Assembly (NCBI GenBank): GCA_946184215.1
Contig: CAMHER010000001.1
Span: forward strand, 1 to 34,624
Length of the DNA stretch: 34,624 bases
DNA from: an uncultured Clostridia bacterium
GTDB taxonomy: Bacteria; Bacillota; Clostridia; Oscillospirales; Oscillospiraceae
Reading direction: 5' to 3'
Shown here: piece after piece, positions 10,078-17,632 of the stretch
Layout: the number at the start of each line of letters is the position of its first letter
Numbering within the stretch: the stretch's first letter is position 1
Notes under the pieces: model-generated
Told to the model about the DNA's origin: nothing
What the model saw: the letters and a program-made list of their open reading frames with translations, nothing else
The model's database searches: none
Program-made: the position numbers and the translations under genes

Positions 10078-10581
10078 ATGGCAACAAGAAATATTCTGAC
10101 AAAAGAAGAGCCGACGCTCTATAAAAAAAGCCGCCCTGTCAAGTCCTTTGATGCGAGACTGCATCAACTTCTTGATGACATGGCTGAAACTCTTTTGAAA
10201 TCCGGCGGTGTCGGGCTTGCCGCACCGCAGGTCGGGGTACTGCGCCGGGCTGTCCTTGTCATCGAGACAAATGTTCCGGAAGGTGAGGATGAAAAGATCA
10301 TTGAGCTGATCAACCCCGAGATCATTGAACGTTCGGGCGAGCAACGCGGAGCGGAAGGCTGCTTGAGCTTTCCGGACGAGTACGGAATCGTCACACGTCC
10401 GATGGAGGTTACCGTCCGGGCTCAGGATAGAAACGGAAAGGAATTTACGGTTTCGGGCACCGGCCTGACTGCCAGATGCTTTTGCCACGAGATCGACCAT
10501 CTCGACGGCATCGTTTTTACATCGGTGTGCGAACGGATGCTGACCGAGGAAGAACTGGAAAATGGACAGGCAGAGGAATGA
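10078..10581 (+). CDS. def: Peptide deformylase
   Basis: GVGLAAPQVG, EGCLSFP and HEIDHLDG metal-binding motifs. Confidence 0.95.
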   Translation: MATRNILTKEEPTLYKKSRPVKSFDARLHQLLDDMAETLLKSGGVGLAAPQVGVLRRAVLVIETNVPEGEDEKIIELINPEIIERSGEQRGAEGCLSFPDEYGIVTRPMEVTVRAQDRNGKEFTVSGTGLTARCFCHEIDHLDGIVFTSVCERMLTEEELENGQAEE

Positions 10582-10585
10582 GCTT

Positions 10586-11515
10586 ATGCGCGTAGTTTTT
10601 ATGGGTACGCCGGATTTCGCCGCAGCTTCCCTGAAGAAAATATTGGATGACGGCTTTGATGTCGTCGGCGTTTTCACGCAGCCTGATAAGCCAAAGGGAA
10701 GGGGAATGGAGCTTACGGCTTCTCCTGTCAAGGAACTTGCCCTTTCGCGTCAGATTCCTGTTTTTCAACCGGAGAAAATGCGTGACGGAACAGCGTTGGA
10801 GATCATTCGGGATTTGAGACCCGATATTCTTGCCGTAGTTGCATACGGCAAGATTCTCCCGCCGGATATCCTCGCCGTTCCGAGGTACGGTGCCGTAAAC
10901 GTCCACGGCTCGCTTCTCCCCAAGTACCGTGGCGCTGCACCGATCCAGTGGGCTGTCTTGAACGGAGACCGCGTCACAGGTGTGACGACCATGTATCTGG
11001 CCAACGAAATGGATACAGGCGACATCATCTACACGTCCACGACCGAAATTGGAGAATTTGAGACCTCCGGTGAGCTGTATGACCGTCTGAAGGAAATGGG
11101 AGCGGTGCTTCTTTCCAAAACACTTTGCGATATTGAACGCGGTACAGCACCTCGCCGACAGCAGGAGCACGAGCAGGCGAGCTATGTAAAAATGCTTGAT
11201 AAATCCCTGTCGCCTCTCGATTTCACGAAACCCGCCCGCACGGTTGTCAAGCAGATCTATGGTCTGCAGCCCTGGCCGGTCGCAACGATGAAGATGGGGA
11301 AGGACGTGTTTCGTGTTTTTGCCGCAGCTTACGGGCGTGAGAACTGTACAGAAGAGCCTGGGACGATCCTCTCTGCAGGGAAAGCCGGAATTGAGGTTGC
11401 CTGCGGTGACGGCAAAAGCATTTATCTTACCGAGCTTCAAGCTCCCGGGAAGAAAAGAATGAAAACGGAAGCCTTTCTTCTCGGCCATCCGATTACGGGA
11501 GGTCATATCGATTGA
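10586..11515 (+). CDS. fmt: Methionyl-tRNA formyltransferase
   Basis: MRVVFMGTPDFA N-terminus, the NVHGSLLPKYRGAAPIQWA motif, and def-fmt synteny. Confidence 0.95.
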   Translation: MRVVFMGTPDFAAASLKKILDDGFDVVGVFTQPDKPKGRGMELTASPVKELALSRQIPVFQPEKMRDGTALEIIRDLRPDILAVVAYGKILPPDILAVPRYGAVNVHGSLLPKYRGAAPIQWAVLNGDRVTGVTTMYLANEMDTGDIIYTSTTEIGEFETSGELYDRLKEMGAVLLSKTLCDIERGTAPRRQQEHEQASYVKMLDKSLSPLDFTKPARTVVKQIYGLQPWPVATMKMGKDVFRVFAAAYGRENCTEEPGTILSAGKAGIEVACGDGKSIYLTELQAPGKKRMKTEAFLLGHPITGGHID

Positions 11516-12831
11516 TGAAGGCTCGGCAGGCTGCATTTTTGGTCCTTGAGCGGTGCAGAAAAGACGGCGCGTGGGCCTCGGCCGCTGTAGATACGATTAT
11601 TCGGGATAATCTTACGGACAAGCGGGAGGCTGCGCTTGCCTCTGCGATCGCCTTTGGCACGTTGCAGAACCTTTCGTATTTTGACTATTTGATATCCTGC
11701 TTTTGTACCACCAAAATCGACAAGCTGGAGGGAAGGGTCCTTACCATCCTTCGGATCGGCGTGTGCCAACTGGCCTTGCTGGATCGGATACCGGAGCGCG
11801 CTGCGGTCAACGAGACGGTCGCACTCTGCGATCTTTTCGATCTTGGCCGCGCCAAATCGCTTGTAAATGCAGTCCTTCGCAGAATAGCGGCACAGCACGG
11901 GGAGTTTCCCGAGGTACCCGGCGAGGGAAGTGCGGAATATCTGGCTGTTCGGTATTCGCACCCGCTCTGGTTTGCCGAACAGATGATTTCCGAAAAAGGC
12001 TATGCTTTTGCCGAAGCTTTCTTTAAAGCCAATCGTGATGTGTGCGGACTGGATATCCAGGTCAACACGCTGCGTGTTACGGCAGAGGAATTCCGGCGTA
12101 TGCTGGATCGTAAAGAAATCAGTTATCATATCCCCCCGTTTCCGAATGACTGCTTCTCGCTGGATGGAGGAGCGGTCGAACATCTGCCCGGCTATGAAGA
12201 AGGCCTCTTTTATGTACAGGATCGTGCCGCCAGAGAGGCAGTCAAAGTCGCAGGGATCCAACCGGGAGCCAGAATTCTGGATGCATGTGCCTGCCCCGGC
12301 GGGAAAAGTTTTGCCGCGGCTATTGATATGAAAGGTCGTGGGAGCATTCTCGCCTGTGATATCCACGAGAAAAAGCTGTCGCTGGTACATTCCGGAGCCA
12401 ATAGGCTTGGGATTGACATCCTGCAGACAGCCTGCTTGGATGCGCGGTCTTTTATTCCGTCATACAGAGAGGCTTTTGATACGGTGATCGCCGATGTCCC
12501 GTGCTCGGGTCTTGGCGTGATTCGAAAAAAGCCGGAGATCCGTCAAAAAAGGCGCGAGGATATTTCCGGTTTGCCGACCGTTCAAAGGAATATCCTTGAA
12601 AACCTTTCCCGTTATGTCCGACCCGGCGGTATTTTGCTTTACAGCACCTGCACAGTCCTTCACGAGGAAAACGAGGATGTTATTTCCTCGTTCCTTGAAC
12701 AGCACCATGAGTTCTCGCCCTGCGACTTTTCTGTTGGAGAGCGTAAATCGTCCGGCGGATGCTATACCTTCTGGCCACATATAGACGGGACAGACGGCTT
12801 TTTCGTATCGAAACTGGTAAAGGAAGCATAG
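11515..12831 (+). CDS. rsmB: 16S rRNA (cytosine967-C5)-methyltransferase RsmB/Sun
   Basis: NusB-like N-terminal domain, SAM motif DACACPGGKS, catalytic DVPCSGLGV and YSTCT motifs. ATG 11515 overlaps the fmt stop (TGATG); an in-frame TTG lies at 11512. Confidence 0.9.
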   Translation: MKARQAAFLVLERCRKDGAWASAAVDTIIRDNLTDKREAALASAIAFGTLQNLSYFDYLISCFCTTKIDKLEGRVLTILRIGVCQLALLDRIPERAAVNETVALCDLFDLGRAKSLVNAVLRRIAAQHGEFPEVPGEGSAEYLAVRYSHPLWFAEQMISEKGYAFAEAFFKANRDVCGLDIQVNTLRVTAEEFRRMLDRKEISYHIPPFPNDCFSLDGGAVEHLPGYEEGLFYVQDRAAREAVKVAGIQPGARILDACACPGGKSFAAAIDMKGRGSILACDIHEKKLSLVHSGANRLGIDILQTACLDARSFIPSYREAFDTVIADVPCSGLGVIRKKPEIRQKRREDISGLPTVQRNILENLSRYVRPGGILLYSTCTVLHEENEDVISSFLEQHHEFSPCDFSVGERKSSGGCYTFWPHIDGTDGFFVSKLVKEA

Positions 12832-13872
12832 ATGAAAAAGGATCTTTTATCACTCCTGCCTGAGGAACGTGAAGCAGAAATAGTGGCTCTTGGGGCACCA
12901 AAATATCGCTCTGCGCAGGTGGGAAGGTGGCTTTCCCGCGGCGTCCGGTCATTTGACGAGATGTCTGATCTTCCGAAGAATCTACGCGACAAGCTGAAGG
13001 ATTCCTTCCGTATTTACAAGCCCAAGGTTTTGTCCAAGCAGGTTTCCGCTTTGGACGGGACAATTAAGTATTTATGGGAGCTTTCGGATGGGAATGCGGT
13101 GGAAACTGTCGTTATGTCCTATCAATACGGGAATACGGTCTGTATCTCATCCCAGGTCGGCTGCCGACAGGGCTGTGCGTTCTGCGCCTCTACAATCGGC
13201 GGGCTTGTTCGATGCCTTGAACCGTCTGAGATGCTCGATGAGGTCATGTTCTCAGAGATCGACAGCGGAAAGAAGCTTTCGCATATTGTCCTGATGGGGA
13301 TCGGAGAACCTCTTGACAACTTTGACAATGTTGTCCGCTTCCTGCGCCTGGTAAACGACCCGACGGGCATGAATATCGGGATGCGTCATATTACGCTGTC
13401 GACCTGCGGACTGACAGAGCGGTTTGATGAACTTGCCGCTCTGGACCTTCAGCTTACCCTGACGGTTTCCCTGCACGCTCCGGATGATGAAACCCGCAGC
13501 AAGATCATGCCGGCCAATCACGGACGCGGTGTGGATGAGGTCGTTTCGGCCTGTAAACGCTATTATCAGAAGACAGGACGCCGCATTTCTTTTGAATACG
13601 CCATGATCGACGGCGTCAACGATACAGCGGAACATGCAAGGCTTCTTGTTCGGCGTGCCAGAGAATGCGGTGCACATGTAAACCTGATCCCGCTCAACCA
13701 TGTTGAAGAGCGAAGATTCAGGCCTTCTACGCAGGGGCATATGAAGGCGTTTATGAAGATTCTGGACGAAGGCGGTGTCAATTACACGGTTCGCCGCACG
13801 CTCGGAAGTGATGTGGATGCCTCCTGCGGACAATTACGGCGAAAAATGGAGAAGCAGTCGGCAAAGAAATGA
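12832..13872 (+). CDS. rlmN: 23S rRNA/tRNA (adenine-C2)-methyltransferase RlmN (radical SAM)
   Basis: Radical SAM cluster CRQGCAFCAS, the GIGEPLDN motif, and the C-terminal DVDASCGQL catalytic cysteine. Confidence 0.95.
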   Translation: MKKDLLSLLPEEREAEIVALGAPKYRSAQVGRWLSRGVRSFDEMSDLPKNLRDKLKDSFRIYKPKVLSKQVSALDGTIKYLWELSDGNAVETVVMSYQYGNTVCISSQVGCRQGCAFCASTIGGLVRCLEPSEMLDEVMFSEIDSGKKLSHIVLMGIGEPLDNFDNVVRFLRLVNDPTGMNIGMRHITLSTCGLTERFDELAALDLQLTLTVSLHAPDDETRSKIMPANHGRGVDEVVSACKRYYQKTGRRISFEYAMIDGVNDTAEHARLLVRRARECGAHVNLIPLNHVEERRFRPSTQGHMKAFMKILDEGGVNYTVRRTLGSDVDASCGQLRRKMEKQSAKK

Positions 13873-13887
13873 CAGGGAGATGATGGC

Positions 13888-14634
13888 ATGAAGTTTTTCG
13901 GAATGACGGACAAAGGAAAAGTTCGCCAGGACAATCAGGACAGCTTTATCATCGAATACTGCGAGCCGAAGGACTGTGTGGTCACCGCGCTTTGTGATGG
14001 CATGGGCGGGGCCAAGGCCGGCGGGCTCGCCAGCCAGCTGTCGAACAAGGAGTTCGTCAATTATGTCTACGGAAAGCTCACCTCCCGTGTCAGCAGAACG
14101 ATCGATTATAAGCGGCTTTTGATGGATGCCTGCGCAGATGCAAACGGCGTGGCATTTGAATATTCCAAATTTGACGAAGCCTATAGCGGAATGGGAACAA
14201 CTCTTGTCGGCGGCGTTATTAAATCGAACGGAGAAGGGTATCTTATCAATGTCGGCGACAGCCGGGCCTATCAGATCCTGAAACGATACGACACGATCAT
14301 CCAGATCACGCGGGATCACTCACTGGTGGAGGATCTGGTCGAATATGGCGCCATTACCAAGGAGCAGGCAAAAAATCATCCGCAGCGCAATATTATCACG
14401 CGGGCGCTCGGCTCGGAAGCGGATGTAGAGGCCGATTATTATGAAATCAATCTCGCCGCGGGTGACATTCTGATTCTGTGCTCAGACGGCCTTTCCAATA
14501 TCGTTTCGGACGAAGAAATGCTGGATTATGCGGTCGAGTATCCTGAGCCGGAAATCCTGTGCCGTGCGCTGATGAGCAAAGCGCTCAACCGCGGTGCACG
14601 CGATAATGTTACGGTCGTCGTTGTTAAAAGATAA
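13888..14634 (+). CDS. stp: PP2C-family Ser/Thr protein phosphatase (Stp/PrpC)
   Basis: RQDNQDSF, DGMGG, GTT and DGL...RGARDNVTVVVV motifs. It lies directly upstream of the PASTA kinase. Confidence 0.9.
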   Translation: MKFFGMTDKGKVRQDNQDSFIIEYCEPKDCVVTALCDGMGGAKAGGLASQLSNKEFVNYVYGKLTSRVSRTIDYKRLLMDACADANGVAFEYSKFDEAYSGMGTTLVGGVIKSNGEGYLINVGDSRAYQILKRYDTIIQITRDHSLVEDLVEYGAITKEQAKNHPQRNIITRALGSEADVEADYYEINLAAGDILILCSDGLSNIVSDEEMLDYAVEYPEPEILCRALMSKALNRGARDNVTVVVVKR

Positions 14635-14654
14635 GCGAATAACGGAGCTTCCTA

Positions 14655-16322
14655 ATGAACGAAGAAGAAAAATACATCGGACAAATGCTTGAGGACCGAT
14701 ATGAGATCCTTGAGACGATCGGCGAAGGCGGAATGGCCATTGTTTTTCGCGCTTTGGATCACCGCCTCAACCGCTATGTGGCCGTGAAGATCATGCGCGA
14801 GGAAATGGCCAAGGACGAGGAGTTCCGCCGCCGTTTCTGCGCGGAATCACATGCGGTCGCGATGCTGTCAAATCCCAATATCGTCTCCGTCTACGACGTC
14901 AGCCACAGCGATGAGCGAGAGTTTATCGTTATGGAGTTGATATCCGGGATCACACTCAAGCAATACATGGACAAAAAGGGCGTGCTGGACTGGAAAGAAG
15001 TTGTCCATTTTTCCAAACAGATTACACGTGCGCTTGCCCATGCCCATGAGCGCGGTATCATTCACCGGGATATTAAGCCGCAGAATATTATGCTGCTTCG
15101 TGACGGAACACTGAAGGTCGCGGACTTTGGCATAGCTGCGCTTGAAAATGAAGTGCACGAAAATGACGGGCAGACGATCGGATCGATCCACTATATTGCG
15201 CCCGAGCAGGCACGTGGCATGAGTCCCGATGCCCGAAGCGACATATATTCGCTCGGTGTTGTCATGTATGAGATGTTATCCGGAAAACTGCCTTACACCG
15301 GCGATACGTTGGCAGAAATAGCGGTCAAGCATATGAATATTCGGCCGGAGCCGCTGCGCGAGACCTTCCCGTCTATTCCACCTGAGCTTGAAAGGATCAC
15401 GTTCAAGGCCATGGATCCGGATCTGGAGAAACGCTATCAGACCGCAAGTGAGCTGCTCGATGATCTGGATGCCTTTACACGCTTTGCCATGAAACAGGAG
15501 CTTCCGTCCGAGAACGAGGAAGCAGCTTCCGTGAAACCGGTTCTTTCTTACAGTGAATTGACGAAAGCCAGTTATGCGATTCGCAGAAAAAAGGCATCCA
15601 GAGTCAGTTTCCTGAGCGGTTCGTTCGGCCTTCTTCTCCTTACGGTGTTTCTCTTCGTTTTTCTTTGGAATTTCTGGGTGCGGGATCTGTTTTCGCCGGC
15701 CGAAAGAATTGATCTGCCCGCCTTTGTCGGCAGCAGATATGAAGACGTCATCAGAGATGCCGATCCCATTTATAACTTCATCATTACCGATGTCTATACA
15801 AATGACTATGAACCAGGCATCATCATAAGCCAGAAACCAGATCCGGGCCGCAGCATGAGCATTGAGAACGATGGTGTTTCCGTTGAGATATCTGTCAGCA
15901 GAAGCATGACTTCGATCGAGGTGCCGGATGTATCAAATGCCGATTATCGGGATGCGATCGCTACATTGGAAAAAACCGGCTTTACGGTGGAGATTGAGGC
16001 GACGACCAGTGATTCTGTGGCGCATAACCATGTGATCTCCACGAGCCCTTCGGCGGGTGAAATGTTGACAAGCGGATATCCGGTGCATCTTTACGTCAGC
16101 AGCGGACCGCAGATCGTCTATGTACAGATGCCGAATCTTATCGGCCTCTCAGAAGATGCGGCGATCAGCAAGCTTGAGAGCAACAACCTGAATTTTGACC
16201 ATTCTGAATGGGTCGAAAGCCCGCTTGACAGAGGCACGGTCGTCGGGCAGAATGTTCAAATCGGAGAAAGCGTGGAAGAACACAGTTACATTACGCTGCA
16301 GCTCTCTCTCGGCGAGGATTGA
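14655..16322 (+). CDS. prkC: Ser/Thr protein kinase PrkC/PknB with about three extracellular PASTA repeats
   Basis: Hanks kinase motifs GEGGMAIVF, VAVK, HRDIKPQN, DFGIA, APE. One TM helix (LLLLTVFLFVFLW) is followed by three repeats of about 65 aa that look like PASTA domains. Confidence 0.9.
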   Translation: MNEEEKYIGQMLEDRYEILETIGEGGMAIVFRALDHRLNRYVAVKIMREEMAKDEEFRRRFCAESHAVAMLSNPNIVSVYDVSHSDEREFIVMELISGITLKQYMDKKGVLDWKEVVHFSKQITRALAHAHERGIIHRDIKPQNIMLLRDGTLKVADFGIAALENEVHENDGQTIGSIHYIAPEQARGMSPDARSDIYSLGVVMYEMLSGKLPYTGDTLAEIAVKHMNIRPEPLRETFPSIPPELERITFKAMDPDLEKRYQTASELLDDLDAFTRFAMKQELPSENEEAASVKPVLSYSELTKASYAIRRKKASRVSFLSGSFGLLLLTVFLFVFLWNFWVRDLFSPAERIDLPAFVGSRYEDVIRDADPIYNFIITDVYTNDYEPGIIISQKPDPGRSMSIENDGVSVEISVSRSMTSIEVPDVSNADYRDAIATLEKTGFTVEIEATTSDSVAHNHVISTSPSAGEMLTSGYPVHLYVSSGPQIVYVQMPNLIGLSEDAAISKLESNNLNFDHSEWVESPLDRGTVVGQNVQIGESVEEHSYITLQLSLGED

Positions 16323-16331
16323 TACCGGAGC

Positions 16332-17219
16332 ATGACGGAAGGAATAATTGTCAAGGCCCTGAGCGGCTTTTATTATGTTAAAACAGAAGAAAAGGTCATC
16401 GCATGCAAGGCGCGCGGCCGGTTCCGCCTTGACGGCACTTCACCTCTGGTGGGGGACAGGGTGCAGCTGGCAGAAGAGAAAGATGGCAGTGGACGCATCG
16501 ACAAGGTTTTTGAAAGAAAAAATTTCTTTATTCGCCCTGCTGTTGCCAATATTGATACGCTGGTCTTTATCGCCGCAAATGTGAATCCGGTGACCGATCC
16601 TTTCCTGATCGACCGTGTTGCCGTCATTGCCCATGAAGCGGGCTGTGAACTGATCATATGTGTAAATAAGGCGGATCTGGATACGGGAAATGAGTTGTTT
16701 CATATCTTTTCTTCTGCCGGATATTCCGTTATCCGCACCAGCGCTGAAACAGGAGAAGGCATTCCTGCGTTGCGTCTTGCGCTGAGAGGGAAAGTATGCG
16801 CCTTTACCGGCAACTCCGGCGTAGGGAAATCCAGCATTTTGAATATGCTCCTTCCACAAGCGCAGATCCCGACCGGGGAAGTAAGCGAGCGGCTTGGCCG
16901 CGGTAAGCATACGACACGTCACGTAGAGATCTTTCCGGTGGGCGAAAACACATTCATCGCAGATACGCCCGGCTTTGCCTCCTTTGAAATACAGATGATG
17001 CAATCTTTTGCCAAGGAGGACCTTCAATACGACTTTCCGGAGTTTTTACCTTACATAGGAAAATGCCGCTTCGCCGACTGTGCACATTTGAAAGAACCCG
17101 GATGTGCAGTCAGACAGGCTCTTGCCGACGGAATAATCGGCGAAAGCCGCTATGCCTCATACGCCAGGCTGTATGATCTGACGGCAAAGCAAAAGCCCTG
17201 GGACAGCAAAACGACCTGA
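16332..17219 (+). CDS. rsgA: Ribosome small subunit-dependent GTPase A
   Basis: MTEGIIVKALSGFYYV OB-fold N-terminus, circularly permuted GTPase motifs NKADL and GNSGVGKSS, and a C-terminal zinc site CRFADCAHLKEPGC. Confidence 0.95.
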   Translation: MTEGIIVKALSGFYYVKTEEKVIACKARGRFRLDGTSPLVGDRVQLAEEKDGSGRIDKVFERKNFFIRPAVANIDTLVFIAANVNPVTDPFLIDRVAVIAHEAGCELIICVNKADLDTGNELFHIFSSAGYSVIRTSAETGEGIPALRLALRGKVCAFTGNSGVGKSSILNMLLPQAQIPTGEVSERLGRGKHTTRHVEIFPVGENTFIADTPGFASFEIQMMQSFAKEDLQYDFPEFLPYIGKCRFADCAHLKEPGCAVRQALADGIIGESRYASYARLYDLTAKQKPWDSKTT

Positions 17220-17224
17220 TTATG

Positions 17225-17253
17225 TCATAAAACGACGCTCTTTCGCATACAAT
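17225..17253 (+). promoter_or_regulatory. Candidate mother-cell sigma-E type promoter
   Basis: TCATAAA (17225-17231), 14-bp spacer, CATACAAT (17246-17253). This matches the B. subtilis sigma-E consensus as I recall it (ZHATAXX-14-CATACAHT). The -10 element sits in the loop of the rsgA terminator. Confidence 0.4.
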
Positions 17254-17285
17254 GCAGTATTGTTTGGCGAAAGGGCGTGTTTTTT
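17235..17285 (+). terminator. Intrinsic terminator after rsgA
   Basis: 12-bp stem ACGCTCTTTCGC (17235-17246) / GCGAAAGGGCGT (17267-17278) with one G-U pair. An inner 5-bp stem ACAAT/ATTGT lies in the loop, and the stem is followed by GTTTTTT. Confidence 0.65.
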
Positions 17286-17438
17286 ATGCGCAGAAACGGG
17301 ATGAATCTATGGGGGTTGATCGCGATCGGAACAGGTGTTGTGATCATACTCTCCATCGTCCTTCCAAAGTCATTCTGGTGGTTCGTTCTTGCCGGCACAC
17401 TGATCTGCGGCGGGATCTGGCTTATTCGCTGCTGCTGA
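17286..17438 (+). CDS. Candidate 50-aa small membrane protein (two predicted TM helices)
   Basis: Not in the ORF track because it is under 60 aa. My translation is MRRNGMNLWGLIAIGTGVVIILSIVLPKSFWWFVLAGTLICGGIWLIRCC. It has two hydrophobic helices and ends 13 nt before spoVM. The RBS is weak (AAAGGG inside the terminator arm). Confidence 0.4.
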   Translation: MRRNGMNLWGLIAIGTGVVIILSIVLPKSFWWFVLAGTLICGGIWLIRCC

Positions 17439-17451
17439 AAGGGGAGAAAGC

Positions 17452-17532
17452 ATGAGAATATTCGTCGTTCGTCTGCCGAAGCTTTTATCAAAAATCATTC
17501 TTCTATTTTATCGGCCAAGGCATAAATGCTGA
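17452..17532 (+). CDS. spoVM: Stage V sporulation protein M (26-aa amphipathic peptide)
   Basis: Not in the ORF track. An AGGGGAG RBS lies 5 nt upstream of ATG 17452, with TGA at 17530-17532. The translation MRIFVVRLPKLLSKIILLFYRPRHKC has the same 26-aa length and the M-[KR]-x3-[IV]-[KR]-LPK-x-L core of B. subtilis SpoVM. It follows prkC-rsgA, as in the B. subtilis chromosome neighbourhood. Confidence 0.65.
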   Translation: MRIFVVRLPKLLSKIILLFYRPRHKC

Positions 17533-17573
17533 CAAGATATCGTTTCGTCTGAAAGCCGGGAAGAAGGGGGAAG

Positions 17574-17602
17574 GCATATTTTCATGGCATGTCTCATAGC
17601 TT
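17574..17602 (+). promoter_or_regulatory. Candidate sigma-E type promoter upstream of the sipL-like gene
   Basis: GCATATT (17574-17580), 14-bp spacer, CATAGCTT (17595-17602). The -35 is a perfect match and the -10 matches 6 of 8 positions of the recalled sigma-E consensus. It lies 31 nt upstream of ATG 17633. Confidence 0.3.
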
Positions 17603-17632
17603 GTATCAGCACGTAATAGGGGAGAGAGTTTC

